DNA from: Candidatus Saccharimonadota bacterium
Lineage (GTDB): Bacteria > Patescibacteriota > Patescibacteriia > 2-12-FULL-60-25
NCBI GenBank assembly: GCA_016699205.1
Contig: CP064964.1
Span: forward strand, 1,020,001-1,052,000
Direction of reading: 5' to 3'
Length of the DNA: 32,000 bases
In this document: positions 17,297-24,424 of the stretch, one piece after another
Layout of the letters: each line of letters starts with the position of its first letter
Numbering within the stretch: the first letter of the stretch is position 1
Notes under the pieces: model-generated
The model's database searches: none
What the model was told of the DNA's origin: nothing
What the model saw: the letters and a program-made list of their open reading frames with translations, nothing else
Program-made: the position numbers and the translations under genes

Positions 17297-17327
17297 AAAA
17301 ACTTCCCCGATCGGGGAAGTTTTTTTA
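17295..17327. terminator. Bidirectional terminator
   Basis: A7-CTTCCCC-gatc-GGGGAAG-T7 between convergent genes. Confidence 0.85.
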
Positions 17328-18140
17328 TTCGGCGGCCTCTGCGTGCAGTCTGCCGATCTTGCTCAGGTTTTCATTGTAACGCTGATAGTAGAGCTGATCT
17401 CGGATCATGCGCCAGGCTTTGATGCGCTCGGCTAGGTCGGCGACTTTGCCCTCCAGCTTTACTCCCGGATTTTCGGGCCAAGGGGCTTTTTCTTCTTTGA
17501 GAGCTTTTAGGAATTCATCCCAGTCATGTTCGAGTGCTGCTTCTACGTAGCGGATGGATGGTTCGGCGTCTTTGCCGATGGCGGCGAATCCGTCGAGGCT
17601 TTCAATGACTTGTTTGATGCCGATTAAATCGGGGTCCATTTTTTCCGCCTCTTTGTTAAACCCTTCTTCGCTTAACATGGTGTGGCGGATTTCATGGTCC
17701 ATGAGAAACATCTCGGCTTTTTCTTTGGCGACCTGCACGGCGATCTTTTCATTGGTGCGGTCATGCTTCATCCAGCTGGCGGCGCGAATGATTTTACGGA
17801 TTTCATCGATGCGGGCTTGGTCGCGCGCTTGGCGTGCAGCAGCGAGCTCATCGAGGAGAACGGGTTCTACGTCCCAGATGTTGTATCGAAAGAAATCTTT
17901 ACACAGTTCTACGCGATTTTTTGGCGACGGAACATTTTTTTCAAAGTATGGCTCAACATCTTGCGAGCGCGGCTTGGAAAGATGCTCCAGTACCGACTGC
18001 AGGCCGAGCATGCGTTCTGCATGAGCGGCAAGATTTTTTTCATATTCCCCGCGTCGACGGACATTTTCCGCCAATGCACTCGCATCGCGCATGCTTTGCT
18101 GGCGATGATAGTTTTTTTCAAAGGGGTTACGGGAGTTCAT
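17325..18140 (-). CDS. Hypothetical helical protein (271 aa; track start 18161 also possible)
   Basis: ATG at 18140 overlaps the era stop (ATGA at 18140-18137). E/K/R-rich, no family recognised. Confidence 0.7.
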   Translation of the reverse strand: MNSRNPFEKNYHRQQSMRDASALAENVRRRGEYEKNLAAHAERMLGLQSVLEHLSKPRSQDVEPYFEKNVPSPKNRVELCKDFFRYNIWDVEPVLLDELAAARQARDQARIDEIRKIIRAASWMKHDRTNEKIAVQVAKEKAEMFLMDHEIRHTMLSEEGFNKEAEKMDPDLIGIKQVIESLDGFAAIGKDAEPSIRYVEAALEHDWDEFLKALKEEKAPWPENPGVKLEGKVADLAERIKAWRMIRDQLYYQRYNENLSKIGRLHAEAAE

Positions 18141-18994
18141 ACGGTGAAGCGTTGCGGCCATTTTGGATCGACGTTGACGGTGAATTCAAGATAGACACGC
18201 ATGCCGGTGACATCTTCCAACTCACGGCGTACATCGATTCCGATTTGTTTGAGCATCGAGGCCTTGGCTCCAATAATCATACCCTTGTATCGATCTTCTG
18301 TTGTCCACACCGTGGCGGCCACGTACTTGCTGCCATTGTCGCGATCGCCGATGTCCGTTACTTCAATGTGAACGGAGTAGGGGAGTTCTTGCTCGAGACG
18401 CATGAAAACTTTTTCACGGATCAATTCTTCAAGCCATTCCTTGTGCGCCATGTCGGTGATTTGGAGATCCGGGTAGAACGGTTCGCCTTCCGGAAGCATT
18501 TCAAAAATAGAGTCGACGAGGCGGTTCAAATCGGAACGGCGCTTGGCGGAAACTTCGATGACTTCTTTTTGACCAACGTCGATGCGGCGCATGGCATTTG
18601 TGTGCGGTCGCTTTTCCTCGGACAAGTCCATCTTGTTGATCGCAAGGATGATCGGCGTCGGAAGTTTGCGGAGGATACGCTGGATGTTGTCTTCTTCGGC
18701 ACCTGGCTCGCGTGTTGGGTCGGTGACGTAGACGACGACGTCGATTCCTTCCAGCTGTTCTTTTACGGATGCGTTTAGCTTTTGCGAAAGCTCGTCTTTT
18801 TTGCCGAGGAAAACGCCTGGAGTATCCACAAAGACGATTTGACCGCGAGCGTCATGCAAAATACCGCGCACCGGACGGCGCGTGGTTTGGGGTTTGGGTG
18901 TGACAATGGCGACCTTGGAGCCGACGAGGGAGTTCAAAAGCGAGGATTTGCCTACATTTGAGCGGCCAGCCAGCACGACGAAACCGGATTTCAT
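18137..18994 (-). CDS. era: GTPase Era
   Basis: G1 GRSNVGKSS, G3 DTPG, G4 NKMD, C-terminal KH domain; 285 aa. Confidence 0.93.
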   Translation of the reverse strand: MKSGFVVLAGRSNVGKSSLLNSLVGSKVAIVTPKPQTTRRPVRGILHDARGQIVFVDTPGVFLGKKDELSQKLNASVKEQLEGIDVVVYVTDPTREPGAEEDNIQRILRKLPTPIILAINKMDLSEEKRPHTNAMRRIDVGQKEVIEVSAKRRSDLNRLVDSIFEMLPEGEPFYPDLQITDMAHKEWLEELIREKVFMRLEQELPYSVHIEVTDIGDRDNGSKYVAATVWTTEDRYKGMIIGAKASMLKQIGIDVRRELEDVTGMRVYLEFTVNVDPKWPQRFTV

Positions 18995-19000
18995 GTGATT

Positions 19001-19029
19001 ATATTAGTCTGTAAACTGTAAGCTGTAAA
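19001..19029 (-). promoter_or_regulatory. Candidate era promoter built from the heptamer repeat
   Basis: Minus strand reads TTTACA (19029-19024), 17 nt, TAATAT (19006-19001). The -10 lies 6 nt before the era ATG, with no SD. Confidence 0.45.
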
Positions 19030-19036
19030 CTGTAAA
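19009..19036. repeat. 4x tandem heptamer CTGTAAA/CTGTAAG
   Basis: ctgtaaa ctgtaag ctgtaaa ctgtaaa read directly. The minus strand gives phased TTTACAG units. Confidence 0.9.
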
Positions 19037-19055
19037 ACTAGATAAAAATGCAGAT

Positions 19056-19089
19056 GCCCCGCGCGCCGACAGCTGTCGACGGGCGGGGC
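19056..19089 (-). terminator. G/C-rich hairpin terminator of cassette B
   Basis: GCCCCGC...CGACAGCTGTCG...GCGGGGC. On the minus strand it is followed by ATCTGCATTTTTATC. Confidence 0.6.
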
Positions 19090-19114
19090 AGGTGGTCAGT
19101 CGAGCTGAGCTCGA

Positions 19115-19519
19115 TCAGGGCATGGAGAGGAAGCGGCGAGCGCCTTCTGTTGCTCCGATGATTTCGTTCACGGCGATTTCGCTGTCAGCATCGCACTCCT
19201 GCGTCAGATGTGGCGACGGAACATACATGTTGGCGTAGATGTTCCGCTTTCCGACGTGTACGATCACAGGTCCTGGATGGATCTCTGGCGGTAGAAGATC
19301 GATGATGTAGGCTGGATGTCCGTTGACGTTGAGCCATGCGTGAGGATCACCGCCTGGACGATGGAAGCCGTCTACGGCTACGACACCTGGTACGAGATAC
19401 GCGATGACGCGTATCAAGACGGCGACGGTGGTTTCCTTGCGGAAGCGCTCCGGGATCGACTCGTAGGCCTTGCGGACCTGATCGAGAAGGGTGACGAGGG
19501 AAGGATCGATGTTGCGCAT
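19115..19519 (-). CDS. Hypothetical protein (134 aa), GC-rich cassette B
   Basis: GGAGG SD 8 nt upstream. A TTGACA-like -35 lies at 19568-19563 in an AT-rich spacer. No family recognised. Confidence 0.7.
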   Translation of the reverse strand: MRNIDPSLVTLLDQVRKAYESIPERFRKETTVAVLIRVIAYLVPGVVAVDGFHRPGGDPHAWLNVNGHPAYIIDLLPPEIHPGPVIVHVGKRNIYANMYVPSPHLTQECDADSEIAVNEIIGATEGARRFLSMP

Positions 19520-19571
19520 TCGGCTAACCTCCGAGCGTTAGCTAATCATATTTTATTCTTTATGTCAACGC

Positions 19572-20900
19572 TCAAGATTGCTTCGTTCCTCGCAATGACA
19601 ATCGAACTACGACCTCGACATGCGGGGTATGTGGAAAGAGGTCGAGAGCTTGGAGGGACTCGACTTTGTACTTGGTTTTGAGTTGCTTTAATTCATCGAC
19701 GAGACGATGGAAGTTGCAGGAAACATAAACGATCATCGGCGGTTCATTTTCGATGAGGGCTTGAAGGGCTTTTGGATGGAGGCCGGCGCGTGGCGGATCG
19801 ATGATGACGGCGTCGGGTTTTTCCGTGGACCAATCAAGAGCTTCGGTTGGACCAGCGCCCCAGCGGGTTTTATCGGCGACGCCGTTTGCGTCTGCATTTT
19901 TATGAGCGAGTTCGATAGCAAAAGCATCGAGCTCATGACCATAGACGGTATTCCCACGTTTGGCTGCGGCAATGCCAAAGAAGCCGAGACCGCAATACAG
20001 ATCGAGGAGTTTGCCTTTGGATGGAATCAAATCGAGAACGGTTGATTGGAGTTTGGCTGCCATCGCGGTATTTGTTTGGAAAAAAGAGTTTGGGTGGATG
20101 GCGTAGCGGATGCCATTTGTTTCTTCGTTCAGATATTCATTGCCGTGGAGCAAGATGAAAGATTTGGCGTAGGAGACGTCGGTGATTTCCGGATTTTCGC
20201 CAAGGTAAATTGTGGTGCAGAGCGGGGAGAGTCGTTTTACGATCTCGGCGCGCATTTCATCGTTTACGCGATTAAAATCGTGCACCAAGAAAATGAGCAT
20301 TCGTTCATTGGTATTTTTGCCGAGACGAATGACGGTGTAGCGGACATCGCCCGTGTATTTTTTGGAATCCCAAGGTTCGAGTTTGAATTCTGTGACGAGA
20401 TCGCGGACGATTTGCAGGATGGTTGGCGTTTCTTTATCGAGCAGCATGCAAGTCGACAGATCGATATAGCGATTCCATTGACCATATTCTTTTAAACCCA
20501 GCTCGCCTTTCCAGCCAAAAACGTAGTCCATTCGATTGCGATAATAAAAGGTGTCCGGAGCTGATTCAATTTTTTCGATGCGCTCTTCATGTCCCGCATG
20601 CTCAAAAGCGCGATTGATCATCATGAGCTTCATTTTGATTTGCGCGTCGTATGCCATGTGTTGCCAAAGACAGCCGCCGCAGGTTCCGGCGTGAGGGCAA
20701 GGCGTTTCTACGCGGTCGACTGAAGGTTTTTCGACTTTGGAAAGACGGGCGATTTTATGACCTTTGTCGCGCTTGATGAAGGTTGCTTCTACTTCATCGC
20801 CCGGAGTGGTGAAGGGGATGAGGATGTTGGGATCGATAAGACCGCGGCCTTTGTCGTCGAGGCCGGTTACGGTTCCGCGGATGATATCGCCAAATTTCAT
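19572..20900 (-). CDS. RlmD/RumA-family rRNA (uracil-C5)-methyltransferase with TRAM domain
   Basis: N-terminal TRAM domain, Fe-S cysteines CPHAGTCGGCLWQH, SAM-binding LDLYCGLGFFG, catalytic VYVSCN. Confidence 0.9.
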   Translation of the reverse strand: MKFGDIIRGTVTGLDDKGRGLIDPNILIPFTTPGDEVEATFIKRDKGHKIARLSKVEKPSVDRVETPCPHAGTCGGCLWQHMAYDAQIKMKLMMINRAFEHAGHEERIEKIESAPDTFYYRNRMDYVFGWKGELGLKEYGQWNRYIDLSTCMLLDKETPTILQIVRDLVTEFKLEPWDSKKYTGDVRYTVIRLGKNTNERMLIFLVHDFNRVNDEMRAEIVKRLSPLCTTIYLGENPEITDVSYAKSFILLHGNEYLNEETNGIRYAIHPNSFFQTNTAMAAKLQSTVLDLIPSKGKLLDLYCGLGFFGIAAAKRGNTVYGHELDAFAIELAHKNADANGVADKTRWGAGPTEALDWSTEKPDAVIIDPPRAGLHPKALQALIENEPPMIVYVSCNFHRLVDELKQLKTKYKVESLQALDLFPHTPHVEVVVRLSLRGTKQS

Positions 20901-20908
20901 GGTCGCAT

Positions 20909-20945
20909 GAAAACACGAAACGGCCGTCTCGAGAAGAGATGGCCG
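20909..20945 (-). terminator. Terminator of the 102-aa cassette gene, abutting the rlmD-like start
   Basis: 10-bp stem CGGCCGTCTC/GAGATGGCCG (one G-U pair), loop GAGAA. Minus-strand U-tract TTTCGTGTTTTC ends 8 nt before the ATG at 20900. Confidence 0.75.
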
Positions 20946-20975
20946 TTCGAAGTAGATAAGAGAAGAGGAGAGGAC

Positions 20976-21284
20976 TCAGGTGTCGGCGCGGAGCGAGCTG
21001 ATGGCCGCCAGGCGAGGCTCGCTCTTGGCGGGCGCGCGGATGACGCGCTTGCGGCGCTTGGGCATACGGCCGGAAACCTCGAGCTCGTAGACCTTGCGGC
21101 CGAGCATGTAGTGCTCGCTGCGCTTGTCCTCGGCGTTGGCATCCACACTGGCTGCGGCGGCGTTGTAGCCGCGCGTCCACTCCGCGTTGGCGGAGAGCTG
21201 CTCGACCTCGTCCTTGATGATGGTCGGGCAGTTGCTATCGTGCCCATAGGGCACCGAACATTTTTCGCACGGGTCTTTGATCAT
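20976..21284 (-). CDS. Hypothetical small protein (102 aa), cassette C gene 2
   Basis: AAGGAG SD 4 nt upstream. N-terminal CEKC...HDSNC, basic KRRKR near the C-terminus. Chosen over overlapping shadow ORFs because of its SD, terminator and balanced composition. Confidence 0.65.
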   Translation of the reverse strand: MIKDPCEKCSVPYGHDSNCPTIIKDEVEQLSANAEWTRGYNAAAASVDANAEDKRSEHYMLGRKVYELEVSGRMPKRRKRVIRAPAKSEPRLAAISSLRADT

Positions 21285-21380
21285 CGCACTCCTTCTTCCC
21301 TTGAAAGATCGGCGGCATGACAGTATGTCGCCGGGGTTACAACGTAATTCTCGAGATATGATCTGTCAATCCAATCTGCC

Positions 21381-21419
21381 ATGAGCAAAGCAAAAGCCGA
21401 TGGTGAGTACCATCGGCTT
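21381..21419 (-). terminator. Terminator of the 77-aa cassette gene
   Basis: 12-bp stem AAAGCCGATGGT-gagt-ACCATCGGCTTT, then TTGCTTTGCTC on the minus strand. Confidence 0.75.
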
Positions 21420-21437
21420 TGGCAGAGGGTCGAGGCT

Positions 21438-21671
21438 TCAGGCCTCGGCGGTGAAGGTGGTGGTGAACGCCGAGGCGTCGGGGAGGTCGATGATGGGTCG
21501 GCCCTCGCGCGCGGCGCGGCCGCGCATGAATGCGAGGTTGGTGCCGCGCGTCCAGATTCCAAGGAAAGTGAGGTTCTTGAGGCCGCAGTGGAACGCGGCC
21601 GTGATGTCGCTCATGTCCGAGTGCTCGAACACGATGTCGTCTTCGAAGGTCTGCCGTTCCATGGGTCGCAT
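21438..21671 (-). CDS. Hypothetical small protein (77 aa), cassette C gene 1
   Basis: GAGGAG SD 5 nt upstream, consensus promoter upstream and own terminator downstream. No family recognised. Confidence 0.65.
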   Translation of the reverse strand: MRPMERQTFEDDIVFEHSDMSDITAAFHCGLKNLTFLGIWTRGTNLAFMRGRAAREGRPIIDLPDASAFTTTFTAEA

Positions 21672-21718
21672 GGGTTCTCCTCGTCCAAGCCGGCGGATTG
21701 TCGGCTAAGGGACTTGAA

Positions 21719-21747
21719 TTTATACTCCATTTAGGCCATTTTGTCAA
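21719..21747 (-). promoter_or_regulatory. Sigma70-type promoter of cassette C
   Basis: Minus strand reads TTGACA (21747-21742), 17 nt, TATAAA (21724-21719). A + strand TATACT (21721-26) overlaps it back-to-back. Confidence 0.6.
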
Positions 21748-21749
21748 CC

Positions 21750-22211
21750 ATGAGACGGGAGCTACATCTCATTGCCCATGATATCAGGTCCCTCGAGAAC
21801 GTGGGGGCCTTGTTTCGCGCCTGCGATTCTCTAGGGGTAGCCAAGCTTTGGTTGGCGGGTTTTACAGCTGCGCCGCCCGATGCCCGTATTTCCAAGGTTG
21901 CTTTGGGGGCGGAGCTGGCTGTCCCTTTTGAAGCCGTGACGGATATTTCCGAGGTATTTCGTAAACTGCGTGAACAGGAGATTCCCGTGTACGCTCTTGA
22001 GCTAACAGAAACAGCTATTGATTTAGCCAAGTTTGCGCCACCGGATCGCTTGGCGATATTGCTCGGTACGGAGACAACGGGGGTTCCGCCATCACTTATC
22101 GAGAGATGTGAAGGGACGATCAAGATTGGCCAACATGGGATTAAGGAATCGTTGAATGTGGCGGTTGCGGCTGGTATTGCGGCTTGGGCGGTTTTGAATG
22201 CTCGAGGCTAG
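21750..22211 (+). CDS. SpoU/TrmH-family RNA 2'-O-methyltransferase
   Basis: 153 aa with SPOUT motifs LLGTETTGV and ESLNVAVAAGIA. ATG at 21750 preferred over the track's TTG at 21741. Confidence 0.88.
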   Translation: MRRELHLIAHDIRSLENVGALFRACDSLGVAKLWLAGFTAAPPDARISKVALGAELAVPFEAVTDISEVFRKLREQEIPVYALELTETAIDLAKFAPPDRLAILLGTETTGVPPSLIERCEGTIKIGQHGIKESLNVAVAAGIAAWAVLNARG

Positions 22212-22212
22212 T

Positions 22213-23337
22213 ATGCGTGTTTTACTTTTAATATCGGATACGGGAGGCGGACATCGGAGTGCCGCTGTTGCGATAGAAGCGGCGTTGAAACGACTGGATC
22301 CTTCCATCGAGATCATTATCCGCGATGCCCTGATCGAGACATCGACGTGGCCATTGTCCCACTCCCCGCAAATCTATACGTTTGCGATGCGGCATTTACG
22401 TTGGGTTTGGGCATTTAGCTGGTATCTAACCAATGGCAAGCGCCGTGCGCGTTTAATGGCCGATGTGTTTTGGCCGGTTATGAAGCGGCGCATGATTGAA
22501 CTTGTTACCAAAGATCAGTCAGATTTAATCGTGAGCATTCATCCGTTCATGACGCGGGCGGTATCGCGAGCTATCCGGGCTTCCGGGAAACCGATTCCGT
22601 TTAGTATCGTTGTAACGGATTTAGTGACGGGTCATGCAACTTGGTATGACGAGGATGCGGATTGGATTTCTGTGCCGACGGAAGCCGCCAGGGATCGTGC
22701 GATGGCGTTAGGCGTAAAAGCGGAGCGTGTTTCTGTGATGGGGCAGCCGCTGCATCCGCGCGCGATGGAATTGCATCATGATCGTGAAGCGCTGCGAACG
22801 TCTTTTGGTTGGAAAGAGCCGGTTGTGTTGTGTGTTGGCGGGGGAGACGGGATGGGCGGACTTGGAACATATGTGCGCGCGATGGCGGAGGCCAAGATCG
22901 CCGCACGGCTCGTGGTGATTTGCGGAAGAAATATCAAATTACAGAAGGAGCTTGAAGCGGGGTCGTTTTCTATTCCAGTTGAAGTACATGGTTTTGTTTC
23001 AAATTTACCTGAGATGATGTCGGCAGCGGATGTGTTGGTGACCAAAGGAGGCCCGGGATCGATTATTGAAGGATGTCTCGCCGGGCTACCCATGGTGATT
23101 TACGACTATATCCCCGGACAGGAATATGGAAATATGCGATTGGTTTGCGATTCCGGATTTGGAAGTTATGTTCCTGATGCAAAAGCGATGCCGTCGGCGG
23201 TGATGTATTGGTTGGAACATCGCGAGGCGCGACAGGAAGTTGGCAAGCGTGCCAAGCGTTCTGTAACAGCAGATTCCTCGATGAGGATTGCAGCAAAATT
23301 GCTTGATCTCGCGACATCTGTAAGACTCGACAGATAA
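22213..23337 (+). CDS. MGDG-synthase-like glycosyltransferase (GT28 family)
   Basis: MRVLLLISDTGGGHRSAAVAIEAAL N-terminal hallmark, GT-B C-terminal half. Start is 1 nt after the trmH-like stop. Confidence 0.88.
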   Translation: MRVLLLISDTGGGHRSAAVAIEAALKRLDPSIEIIIRDALIETSTWPLSHSPQIYTFAMRHLRWVWAFSWYLTNGKRRARLMADVFWPVMKRRMIELVTKDQSDLIVSIHPFMTRAVSRAIRASGKPIPFSIVVTDLVTGHATWYDEDADWISVPTEAARDRAMALGVKAERVSVMGQPLHPRAMELHHDREALRTSFGWKEPVVLCVGGGDGMGGLGTYVRAMAEAKIAARLVVICGRNIKLQKELEAGSFSIPVEVHGFVSNLPEMMSAADVLVTKGGPGSIIEGCLAGLPMVIYDYIPGQEYGNMRLVCDSGFGSYVPDAKAMPSAVMYWLEHREARQEVGKRAKRSVTADSSMRIAAKLLDLATSVRLDR

Positions 23338-23365
23338 GCGGTTTTTTGTTAGATTGGCTGTTGTT

Positions 23366-24081
23366 ATGAAGGTTTCTATCGTTATTCCGACCAAGAACGA
23401 AGAATTGCTTTTACCCAGACTTCTTGGGGCTCTTGCGGCCCAGACATATCAGGGTTTCGAGATTATTGTCGCTGATGCTTTTTCTACCGATAAAACGCGC
23501 GAGATTGCTGCGTCCATGGGCGCGTTTGTGATTGATGGCGGTATGCCGGGACCAGGCCGCAATCTTGGTGCAAAGGTTGCTAAGGGTGATTTGTTGTTTT
23601 TTATGGATGCGGATGTTCTGCCGTCCAGTAACCGATTTTTAGACGATGTTGTGGCGGAGTTTGATCGCCGAGGTGCTGATGTTGCGACTTGCGAGCTTGA
23701 GCCATTGTCTGATCGTTCCGATGACCATTTTGGTCACGATGTCTACAACTATTTTGTTCGTGCAACGGAAACGGTGCGGCCGCATGCGCCTGGCGCGTGC
23801 ATTCTTGCGAAACGTCATGTACATGAAGCGATCGGGGATTTGATGAACAGGTTGTTTTTATCGAGGATTGTGAATATGTCCAGCGTGCACACAAAAATGG
23901 TTTCCGTTTCCGTCAGATGAGAACGCAGCCGCTGCTTGTTTCCGTGCGACGCTTTGAGAAAGATGGTCGATGGAGAATTGCGGCAAAATATATTTACGGA
24001 GAAATTTACATGATGACGAAAGGTCCATTCCGTGAATTGCCGTATCAGTACGAGATGGGCGGTGAAGAACCCAAGCGTTAG
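23366..24081 (+). pseudogene. GT2-family glycosyltransferase interrupted by a 1-nt frameshift in a G4 run (or a sequencing error)
   Basis: Frame 2 gives MKVSIVIPTKNE...FMDADV...HEAIG, then a stop at 23918-23920. Frame 1 from 23836 reads GFDEQVVFIEDCEYVQRAHKNGFRF...FEKDGRW... to TAG 24079-24081. One extra G at 23834-23837 restores a ~238-aa GT2. Confidence 0.85.
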
Positions 24082-24082
24082 C

Positions 24083-24424
24083 ATGGCTATTGTTTGTCGA
24101 ATGCCGATTTGTGCGATCGGCGAGCTGGCTCCCGGATCGACGCGGGCGTTTTCTTTTGGTCCGGCTACGAAAGGTATCGCTTATAATCGCGATGGCGTGA
24201 TCAAAGCGTATGTGAACCGCTGTACGCATATGGGCGGACCGGTTGAGCTGCATGGCGGCGGGACATTCCGCTGCCGATGGCATGGAGCGGATTTTGATCC
24301 GTGTACCGGAGCCGCGGTTGACGGACAGGCGCCGGAAGGGACATTTTTGAAGGCGATTGAAATAATCGAGGAGAATGGACAGTTGTTTGGCGTGCTAGAA
24401 TTGCCTGAAGATCCCTTTGCATGA
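24083..24424 (+). CDS. Rieske [2Fe-2S] domain protein (113 aa)
   Basis: CTHMGGP...CRWHGADF (CxH...CxxH). ATGA overlap with the murJ start. Confidence 0.88.
   Translation: MAIVCRMPICAIGELAPGSTRAFSFGPATKGIAYNRDGVIKAYVNRCTHMGGPVELHGGGTFRCRWHGADFDPCTGAAVDGQAPEGTFLKAIEIIEENGQLFGVLELPEDPFA

Noticed and set aside
19009-19036. Heptamer repeat as a CRISPR array or mobile-element end
   Set aside because: The units are 7 nt with no spacers, the total is 28 nt, and no cas genes or inverted terminal repeats are present. It is a simple tandem repeat in a promoter.
20794-21747. Seven overlapping ORFs in cassette C other than the 102-aa and 77-aa frames (for example 21337-21747 minus, 21381-21734 plus, 20897-21247 minus)
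   Set aside because: They have low-complexity R/P/S/A-rich translations, no SD at their starts, and they run through the hairpin terminators. This is typical of high-GC shadow ORFs. Confidence in the chosen frames is still only moderate.
23831-23840. Programmed -1 ribosomal frameshifting for the GT2 and recJ splits
   Set aside because: Neither site (atcggggat, cgatttctg) is an X XXY YYZ slippery heptamer, and I see no downstream pseudoknot or hairpin. A homopolymer indel, real or technical, is the simpler explanation.
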